Part shown: positions 41,301-50,975 of the stretch, piece by piece
Numbering within the stretch: the first letter of the stretch is position 1
Layout: each line of letters starts with the position of its first letter
NCBI RefSeq assembly: GCF_006345805.1
Contig: NC_043000.1
Span: forward strand, 95,976,001 to 96,040,000
Direction of reading: 5' to 3'
From: Octopus sinensis
Taxonomy: Eukaryota
Length of the DNA: 64,000 nt
Notes under the pieces: generated by a model
Told to the model about the DNA's origin: nothing
Database searches by the model: none
The model's input: the letters and a program-made list of their open reading frames with translations, nothing else
Program-made: the position numbers and the translations under genes

Positions 41301-43009
41301 AAAATATCACCGGGAAACAAGTGAAGGTTGGCAACAATAAGAGCATCCAGCTGTATCTTCAACCAAAACTAAAAAAGAAAACGGCCCCTGAGTCTTCAAC
41401 CAAAACTGCAAAAATCTGCATTTTGCTTGATTATAAGCATGGAAAATGGACATCCATGCCAGTGTCATATAAAGAGCATCTGTGCTGGTGCCACATAAAA
41501 AGCTCCCAGTACACTCTGTAAAGTGGCTGGTGTTATGAAGGGCATCTAATGTAGAAACCAAGCCAAAACAGACAACTGGAACCTGGTGCAGCTCTCCAGC
41601 TCTAGCCAAACTGTCCAATACATGCCAGCAACGAAAACAGACATTAAATGATGATGATGATGATGATGATGATAGATATTAGGCAAGAGGAAAAAAACTT
41701 AGGAGAACCAGGTTTGTTGGTAGAACAAAGATCCAAAATTCAACAGTATAAACAATATTAAGAGAAGTATTTGTCACTTTCTCAGACTAAGACATCTTGA
41801 CTTTATAGAGAGAAGACCAAGATGTACAATGTAAAATACTAAGCTAATCCATAAGAATTATAAATGTTGCTATGATACAGCATGTTCCATATGAGCAAAG
41901 ATGAAAGCCACTACAATGCTGAATAAAAGATGAAGACAAATATGTACAATACTTTGGCTTTAATAAAACCTTATAATGAAATGAAAAATCTAGATTTAAA
42001 TGTTAACTGCAAACAATAGCAAAACTGTTATGACATGCACAAAACTGTACAGTATAACTGTGGGCAGAGTATGATATTCAAATCAATAAACTTTTGACAG
42101 TCTAAAAGCTCTCAATCTTTAATTAAACTACAAGATCTCCATTGGAAATAAATCAAATTATAAAACACAAAAGACTTGATATTACAATTTTCAACATAGA
42201 CATTAAATGAATAGAACTCCAGAACTTGTCCACCTACTCAGAATTTAGGCTAGATGTTTCAAGATTGTGGAGAAGAGCTAGTACAATAACGAGAGGCTGT
42301 TGTTGCACTGCACTCAGTCCTTGAGAAGTTGCCATTTTAAACTGCAAAACTAAAAATACAATCAGCAAACTTTAGAAATCCATATTAAAAAGGAACCACA
42401 AATAACTGAAAGAAAATTGCACACTGTCTGGAGCCGACACATCTGAAATATTTGTTTTAATTTTGCTTCCAGTGATCAAGGCCAACAACCACGTATAGTG
42501 ACAACAGAAAAGAAACACAACAAAGACAACATAGCAACATAGACAATAAAAAAAAAACTCCATCAAATTACAATAATCTACTTAAACTGAGACTACGATT
42601 AAAGAACATTTCAACTAAAGTCTGTGATGGAACCTATTCAATCCTCAACCACGACAGAATTTTGCTGAATCATGTACAAATATAGAAATAATGTTTTTAA
42701 ACTTAGAGAAAAGAAAATAAAGCAAAAATGATAATAATAATAATAATAATAATAATAAAATGGGAATTCACATTACAGATTTTTTCTTTTTTATGAAGCT
42801 TGATGTTTACGTCATGCAGATATGGCCATATGGTAAGACGTTTACTTCTTAACCAGATAGTTTCAAGTTCAGTCCCACTGCATGGTACCTTGGGCAAGTG
42901 TCTTCCACTACAGACCCAGGCTGACCAAAGCCAATTGTGTGTGTGTGTCATTGTCTTGACATTGTGCTGGATGTTGTAAATGAGTGTCATTCAAATCAAA
43001 TATTACTCT

Positions 43010-43170
43010 TTTACTCATTTCAGTTATTTGACTGTTGCCATGCTGGAGCAGCACCTTTAGTCGAGCAAATCGACCCCAGGACATTCTTTGTAAGCCTAGT
43101 ACTTAATCTATCGGTCTCTTTTGCTGAACCGCTAAGTTACGGTGATGTAAACACACCAGCGATGTTGGAG
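43010..43170 (-). mobile_element. SINE-like family B (gtaacttagcggttcggcaaaagagaccgatagaataagtac...); further copies at + 5020, 5545, 25975, 37215, 40670, 44960, 53280, 61360 and - 12140, 14290, 24240, 45200, 53480
   Basis: Recurrent module of about 190 bp ending cagcatggcc.cagtc.aatgactgaaac + (aaagat)n; often directly follows family A and a (GT)n run. Confidence 0.8.
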
Positions 43171-43216
43171 AGACAAACACAGACACACAAACATATACAC
43201 ACACACACACATATAT

Positions 43217-43255
<39 letters not shown>

Positions 43256-43264
43256 CACACACAT

Positions 43265-43420
43265 ATATACAACGGGCTTCTTTCAGTTTCCGTCTACCAA
43301 ATCCACTCACAAGGCTTTGGCCGGCCCGAGGCTATAGTAGAAGAGTGCCACAAAGTGGGACTGAACCCGGAACCATGTGGTTGGTAAACAAGCTACTTAC
43401 CACACAGCCACTCCTATGCC
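43265..43420 (-). mobile_element. tRNA-headed CORE-like SINE (family A, OR2-like); about 20 copies in the window on both strands (e.g. + 4486, 5375, 14805, 37020, 40500, 42820, 50985, 61175; - 12865, 14445, 39850, 45440, 51225, 53600, 62120)
   Basis: tggctgtgtggtaag (A box), gggttcagtccc (B box) and ggcaccttgggcaagtgtcttct, which resembles the CORE-SINE domain. The OR2 label is from memory and was not searched. Confidence 0.8.
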
Positions 43421-44700
43421 TATTTTGTAAAAAAAAAACATGTCTGTCCAAAGGGAAATATTAACTTGTTTGGAAACACCTGGAGAGGAAGGACATCCAG
43501 CCATAGAAAATCCTACCTCAATAAATTCCATCTGACCCATGCAAGTACAGGAAAGAGGACACTAAAACAATGATGATAATGATGATTTTATATAGTAATT
43601 CATACAGAGAAAGAAAATGTCCAGAACAGAATACTGCCTGGTATTTTATTGCTTTGTATTTTTGTCATTTTTTTAGTTGTTGTTGTCGTCCATATTAGCT
43701 AGAACGCAAAGTTATTCAAGTACAACAAACAAAGTTAAGTTTCATCAGCATGTATTTATAGAAACACATAGTCCAATAGCATAACTGCGTAAGAAAGAAA
43801 GAAAGAAAGAGAAAGAAAAAAAACTAAACTTAAGAAAACAAAAGCAAATGACTTCATCCTGTCAACAAGAATGACGAAATAAATGATTCAAGTGGAAACC
43901 CACCTTTCCTGATAGTTGCGATGATTAATACAATAGTAACATTTAAAAAAGCTAAAAAGTATTTTCTTTGTGTTTATTATTTTGTAGTATCTTTTTTTGT
44001 GATTTTCTCTCTAAGTATGCTTATTTACTTACATAATATACATACACGAACATGTTTACCTTATGTATATAAACCAATAGGTATGTGTATATGTGTGTGT
44101 GTGTATAAATAGATAGACAGACAGACATACACACATCAATCATAGTTTTTAACAGCCAAATTTTTTACAGATCACACTGTAATTATGTAAATTACATACA
44201 TGCACACATGCGCTCACACACACAGATTGTGTGTGTGCGTGTTTATGATTTTATCTAATTAGATACATAACGACACTGTGAATATGAATGTGTGTGTGTG
44301 TGTATGTGTTATTTGCCTTATTGGGTCATAGGTGATAAAATCACCTATCCCAACAAATTATTCTGGTGAGGAAGGTTGTTAGAAACCCAGCAGGACAAAA
44401 GCAAAACCTGTGGAAAGCACAGCTGAACCCGCCACAGGGTCAATAACTCCCAAGCAATAGTACATAGGACACTGAAATGTCCCTATAAAAGTACTTTAGG
44501 AGTGGCTAAACCCTTTACTTCTAATCAGAACATCTGTCTAGAAAGAGAGTAAATAGAGCTTCTTAACTGGGGATGGGGAAATCTATCTACATTACTCTGC
44601 TGTCTTCTGAATGTATCCAGAAAGACAACAGATAAGATCATTATTTTTTATGAAAAAATAAAGGGGTCAAGGCAGTCAGCTTTAATCCTTTAGCATTTAA

Positions 44701-44913
44701 CTCTTCAGTGTTTGGATTAATCTGCCAAATTTAACACTTATGCATTCACATTGTTTTGAATTAATCATACATTCTCTTATAGCTTTGGGGGTTGGATGTT
44801 GTGATTGTTTACTTTTAGACTTACATTGTAGGGTAGGTGTGAGATGCCATTGGTTTGAACGTAAAGCATGAAAAATATTTAGGCCGGATATGACCAGTTT
44901 AAATGCTGAAGAG
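44701..44913 (+). mobile_element. MITE of the same family, inserted into a TTAA of an oppositely oriented copy
   Basis: TTAA duplicated at 44697-44700 and 44914-44917; TIRs ctcttcag / ctgaagag. Confidence 0.8.
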
Positions 44914-45916
44914 TTAAACTGGCCATATCAATCACAATAGTGTGTGCGTGTGTGTCTGTGTATGTATTTGTCTCCCACCACCATGACAACTAGTGTTGAT
45001 TTGTAACTTAGCAGTTAAGCAAAATTCACCAATGAAATAAGTGCCAAGCTTAAAAAATAAGTATGAGGTCAATTTGTTTGACTGAATCCTTCAAGTCAGT
45101 GTTCCAGCATGGCCATAGCCCAATGACTGAAACAAGTAGAAGATAGAAGATAACTGTAAACAAGCACTCACACACATAAGTATATATGCATATAGGCTTT
45201 TATTTGCTTCAGTCATTTGACTGCGGCCATGCTAGAGCACTGCTTTAAAAGGTTTTTAGTCGAAGAAATCAACACCAAGACTTATTCTTTGTAAGCCTAG
45301 TACTTATCTATCAGTCTCTTTTACCGAACCATTAAGTTACAGGGACATAGACATGCCAACATCAAGTGTCAATCGATGGGGGGGGGGGGCGGACAAACAG
45401 AGACACACACAAATATGTACATACACACACACACACATGATAAGCTTCTTTCAATTTCTGTCTACCAAATCCACTCACAAGGATTTGGTCAGCCTGAGGC
45501 TATAGTAGAGGACACTTGTCCAAGGTACCACACAGTGGGACTGAACCTAGAACTATGTGGTTGAGAAGCAAGCTTCTTACCACACAGTCACATCTGGGCA
45601 TGTGAAATTTTGAAGTTGTACATGTCCATCAACTAACTTGATCTGAGACATTAATGTCGAAACTGAAGTAATTACATCACGGAAGAGAGATTTCAGTTAT
45701 TTATATAACCTACAAAAACTATTAATTTCACAATTCAGTTCCCATTTATTTTTGAACTATCAAAACCTTCTTCGCCCAACTGTGACCTGGTTGCTGACAG
45801 TGCCATTGTTGATCATAAAAAGTGAATTTACCAGCTTTTGTAGACTTTTAAATAGCTAGAATGGCTCTTCCATTATGTAATCATTACCAGAGCATGATTT
45901 TATTACATCATCATTA

Positions 45917-46119
45917 TTAACCCTTTAACATCCAGATTAATTTGTCAAATGAATTGCTTTTTTATTTCCATTGTTTGGAATTAATTATGCATTATCTTTG
46001 AGATTTCAATTAGCATGACATAAGAAGGTAGATGTAAGAGACAATATCTGACCACTAAGAACACAAAACAAGTAGAATATTTTGGCTGGATATGGCCAGT
46101 TTAAATGCTAGAGGGTTAA
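45917..46119 (+). mobile_element. MITE of the same family, ending about 26 nt from the donor of the 168-nt exon
   Basis: ttaaccctttaacat...aatgctagagggttaa; internal sequence is homologous to 15280-15505. Confidence 0.8.
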
Positions 46120-46145
46120 ATTCGCAACAGATTTCTTTCACTTAC

Positions 46146-46313
46146 CTAAATTCACGCCATTTTTTGTATAGAAGCAAGTATTTTCAATCAAGTTTACACA
46201 GCATCCAATGACATCTCCAGTAGTAAATGTTGGTCCGTAGGGTTGGCCGGTTCCAGAAGAACAAAAAGAATTCCCATCATCTCCATGATAACCATAGGAA
46301 TTTTTATCCCAAC
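46146..46313 (-). CDS. RANBP9: RanBP9/10 exon, SPRY domain ([55 protein letters not shown]), 168 nt; missed by the ORF track
   Basis: Acceptor ctctctttcag, donor TTAG|gtaagt; phase 1-1; hallmark SPRY sequence GYHGDDG. Confidence 0.97.
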
Positions 46314-46629
46314 CTGAAAGAGAGCAAAAGAGGTAACTTAATAAAAAGCAATTATTTCAATTTTATCTGTACATCTCATGCACTGATATCATTCACCATC
46401 ATTGTTTTAACATCCAATTTTCCATGCTCACATGGGTCAAATAGAATTTTGTTGAGGATTTTCCAGTTAGATGCTCTTCCTGTCACCAAACCTAACCTGT
46501 TTCCAAGTATGATTACATTTCTCTATGACCAGGCATGTTTTCACAGAATATTGGGAATGAAGGATAATGCTTGCTTGATGGACACATTTGTTTACAACTA
46601 CCATACAATGTCAAGGTAAGGAGACAGTA

Positions 46630-46665
<36 letters not shown>

Positions 46666-47056
46666 TGCTATTATGCAGAAATGTCATCAGTCCAAAATGT
46701 TGCTTTTTCAGAAAATGAAAAAATAGTTTCACCATTCCATTTCTTTTTACATTAGCAACAGCTTCGGCTTAACAATAATATTTTGTTGGGTGGATAAAAT
46801 CATAACCTCCATGAATGTTCGATATTTTCAATCAGAAATATTTTTGCAAAACTGTCATATGTAGGACTTACTACACTTTTGCAAAATGCTAAACCGTTGT
46901 ACTACACATCAACAATTTTCACATCTTGGCATCTGAAGCAGTTGGAAATATGATAGTTTGATCAAAAGAACCAGTGATTGCAAGCAAAATTAAATACTGA
47001 AATTGGCCCAATTTAGACATAAGATAGTTTAACATAATAACAATGATATATATGTA

Positions 47057-49663
47057 TAGGGTGCGATGGGTAAATTGTCATCATCATCATCATCATCATT
47101 TAGCGTCCGTTCTCCATGCTAGCATGGGTTGGACGGTTTAACTGGGGTCTGTGAAACCGGAAGGCTTCATCAGGCCCAGTCAGATTTGGCAGTGTTTCTA
47201 CGGCTGGATGCCCTTCCTAACGCCAACCACTCCGTGAGTGTAGTGGGTGCTATTTACGTGCCACCTGCACAGGTGCCAGACAGAGCTGGCAAACGGCCAG
47301 GAACGGATGGTGTTTTTACGTGCCACCGGCACGGGGGCCAGGCGAGGCTGGCAACGGACACGAGCGGATGGTGCTTTTACGTGCCAGCGGCACGGGGGCC
47401 AGACGAGGCTGGCAACGGACACGAGCGGATGGTGCTTTTACGTGCCAGCGGCACGGGGGCCAGACGAGGCTGGCAACGGACACGAGCGGATGGTGCTTTT
47501 ACGTGCCAACGGCACGGGGGCCAGGCCAGGCTGGCAACGGACAAACGATCAGATGGTTCACTTAACCACAGCTGCAATTTCCACTGATGTTGATTTGGTT
47601 TGATTTTGACTGTTCTCACTGGTCTTGCCGGGTCTTCTCAGGCACAGCATACTTCCATAGGTCTCGGTCTCTAGTCATTTCCTTGGTGAGACCTAAAGTT
47701 CGAAGGTCGTGCTTCACCACCTCGTCCCAGGTTTTCCTGGGTCTACCTCTTCCACAGGTTCCCTCAACTGCTAGAGTGTGGCACTTTTGCACACAACTAT
47801 CTTCAGCCATTCTCGTCACATGCCCATACCAGCGCAGACGTCTCTCTTGCACACCACAACTGATGCTTTTGAGGTTCAACTTTTCTCTCAAGGTACTTAC
47901 ACTCTGTCGATTATGAACACTGGCACATCCATCGGAGCATACTGGCTTCATTTCTTGTGAGCTTACGCATATCCTCAGCAGTCACAGCCCATGTTTCACT
48001 ACCATGTAGCATGGCTGTACGTACACATGCATCATACAGTCTGCCTTTTACTCTGAGCGAGGGGCCTTTTGTCACCAGCAGGAGTAAGAGCTCTCTAAAC
48101 TTTGTCCAGGCTATTCTTACTCTAGCAGTTACACTTTCAGCACACCCACCCCCGCTACTGACTTGGTCACCTAGGTAGCGGAAGCTATCAACTGCTTCTA
48201 GTTTTTCTCCCTGGAACATGGTAGACGTTGGTCTCTGCACATTTTCAGTGTTTATTGCTCCTGAGCATCTGCCACAGACAAAAACTATTTTCCTAGTTAG
48301 CCTTCCTTTGACATTGCTACACCTCTTATGTGTCCATAGCTTGCACTTGGTGCACCTTATAGAGTTTCTACCTACACCTTTTTTACAGATCGAGCAGAGC
48401 CATCTACCTGTAGGCGTTACTATTTTATATTTTTAATTTCGCGCATGCACATTGTCTGCTTTTGATTTTGTCAACTACACAGTATAGTAGGATCAGTTGG
48501 GCACTGTCTGAGAAAAACAGCACCATGATGCAATTCACTCTGCAAGAAATTTGGAAATGTAGTGCTTGGCATTTGCACCAGAAGCTCCAACATGAACATT
48601 TCAGAGTGTTTGAGTGTCAATCTGGGGACAGTACAGAGGATTTGGAAAGAGTTGGATGAGTCTGATGGTGATTACAAAGGCACAGCAGCTCAGAAAGCTC
48701 ACTCTGATCATTCTGATAAGAACAGAATTCCTGAATTTGTTGGTGAGATCCAGGTCCTTGTTGACAATGATCCCTCCAAGTCAATCAGGTCCATAGGAGT
48801 GTCTGGGTTTCTTATCAGGCAGGTAGTGCATGACAACATTCAGTATTCCTCATACAAGACAAGAAAGGGCCAGTTTTTATACCAAGCCAGCAAGGAAAAG
48901 AGGAAAGACCATGCTACAACAGCTTTTGAACAAACTCAAGTGTCCCCTCCAAATGAATATGCTTTAGTTTTTCTCAGACGAGAAAAAATTCTGCCAGGAT
49001 CAGATAGTGAACCCACAGAACAACCATTGGCTTGCTGTGTCCCCAAAACAGGTACCAAGAGTGATAAAAATCAAACATCCAGTCAACATCATGGTATTTA
49101 GAGTGATCACTAGCAATGGCAACATTATGCCTTCATTCATCTTCCCACAGCCTCAGACACAAAGGCCTACATCAAGTACCTGGAGGAGGTAGTGCTGCCC
49201 TGGGTGAAGAGGGTGGCTGCTGGAAGACCCCATGTCTGGCAACAGGACTCTGCACCATGCCAAAAAAGCAGGAGAACCTAGTCATAGCTGTCAGACAATT
49301 TCTGTGACCACACCTAACATCTGGCCACCTAACTCCTCAGCCTGCAACTTCCTTGATTATTATGTGTGGAACACAGTTAAGTGAGAGTCCAACAAAACTC
49401 ATTCTGACACCAAAGATGAACTGAAGACAAGAATTATGGCAGCATTCACTAACTTAAACAAGGAAACCATCCAGAAGAGTTGCAGGAGATTCTGAAGGTG
49501 TCTGGAGGCCATGGTTGAAACCAATGGCGATTTGATTGAATAAATTTACTCTTTAGTATTTCAAGATATCTTTATGTAATTTTGGTAAATATATCTGTTA
49601 AAATGAGATGTCAGTGTTATTTTCATTTCTGCATAACTTAGACAATTTATTCACAATACCCTG
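47057..49663 (+). mobile_element. Decayed maT-like (DD37D-type) Tc1/mariner DNA transposon, interrupted by the RTE LINE just inside its left TIR
   Basis: TIRs TA|tagggtgcgatgggtaaattgtc (47055-47079) and gacaatttattcacaataccctg|TA (49641-49665). Frameshifted transposase pieces FFSDEKNF, WQQDSAPC and WPPNSSACNFLDYYVW. Confidence 0.85.
47080..48412 (-). mobile_element. 5'-truncated RTE-clade LINE: RT C-terminal part with a PHD-type finger, one frameshift near 47925, stop at 47616, a 3' UTR with a tandem array, and a (TGA)n tail
   Basis: Motifs FRYLGD, YDACVRTAMLHGSETW, RRLRWYGHVTRM and GRGRPRKTWDEVV are typical of the RTE RT C-terminus. The trinucleotide tail lies at 47080-47100. Confidence 0.92.
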
Positions 49664-49669
49664 TATAAT

Positions 49670-50921
49670 TAAGTTGTCAGATATGAAATTTGCAGAAAAG
49701 AAAAGTTTGCTAATGTTTTATAAATACAAGGAATAGTTCTATTCATCAGAGTATGCACCCATATTGTCAATACATGTTTGCCATTTCAGCAGTAGCTTGT
49801 CCAGCCCAGAACTGTAAAATCCTGGCTACCTAGAGTCAATAAAATCTTGGAAGGCCTGTTTTACAGCATCGTTGGAATTAAATTTTTTTCCTATCAAAAA
49901 GTTATCCAAATTCTGGAAGAGGTGGTAGTCACTGGAGGCAAGATCAGATGAGTATGGGGGATGATGGGGAACTTCCAACTCCTGTAGTTTCGACAATATC
50001 ATTTCTGCCATGTGCGGTCTGGCGTTGTCTTGCAATAAAATAGGAGTGGATCTGGGGTTTTTTTTGTAAATTTCTGTATCATCTGGTCCAGTTGGCTGCA
50101 GTATACTTTGGCTGTGATTGATGAGCCAGGTTTAATGAAATCATAATGGATCACATCTGTGCCAGACCACCAAACACACACCATCGGCTTCTTTTGCTGA
50201 ATTTTGCTTTTTGGATTGTGTTTTGGTGGCTCATCTTTGTCCAACCATTGTGCTGAACATTTATGATTGTTGTATTGGATTCATTTCTCATCACATGTTA
50301 CAATTCAATTCAAAAATGATTTGTTTCTGTGACAAGAAAGTAGCATAACGCAGGCTTCCAAACGTTGCTAGTTCTGATTTTCATTGAGTTCATGTGGAAC
50401 CCACTTATCCAGCTTTTTCACTTTACCAATTTGAACTAGGTGAGTCAATATTGTTTGCTTGCTTACACCAAACAACAATGATAATTCATGGATCTGACTC
50501 GATGGTGGCTTTCAGTTCATCATTATTCACCTTTGTTTCTGGTCGACCACGTTGTTCATTTGTGAGGTCAAAGTTACCAGAATGAAATTTTGCAAACCAA
50601 TTTGATACTGTCTGCTGTGTAATATCATTAGAATGAAATATTCCATTAATATTCCAAGCTGTCTGTGATGCTGTATTTCCAAGAAAGAACTCATATTTCA
50701 AAACTGTACAAATCTCTGACTTATCTATCTCTAAACAAAAATAGCAAAAACCGATTTATAAACACTTTATAAAGTGCAAAATGAGTTAGAATAAAAAAAT
50801 GTGTCAGCTTTCTAACAAAAAATAAAGAATGTCAAAATATAATAATGGTGCAAAATGAGCAGCTGTCAAAGCTTACCATATGCCTTACTACAAATTTCAT
50901 ACTTAATGACTTGACAACCTA
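49670..50921 (-). mobile_element. Decayed mariner (DD34D, Hsmar1/cecropia-like) transposon, about 1.25 kb
   Basis: Transposase fragments TVSNWFAKFHSGNFDL..RGRP, MVCVWWS, QDNARPH and HPPYSSDLASSDYHLF. Degenerate TIRs taagttgtca...tatgaaatttg and caaatttcatac...tgacaaccta. Confidence 0.9.

Positions 50922-50975
<54 letters not shown>

Noticed and set aside
42238-42341. Possible 104-nt cassette or poison exon on the minus strand (ttttgcag|TTTAAAATGGC...TCTGA|gtaggt)
   Set aside because: The splice-like sites are plausible but common in AT-rich introns. There is no homology, it gives an immediate stop in frame, and it cannot be supported without RNA data.
47150-47180. CTGATGAAGCC on the minus strand as a hammerhead core; similarly ctgatgag at 2460
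   Set aside because: No GAAA follows the putative stem II, so the core is incomplete.
47129-47603. Repetitive ORFs of 80-152 aa, and similar ones at 24832-25504
   Set aside because: Open frames arise from GC-rich tandem units lacking stops in the LINE 3' UTR.
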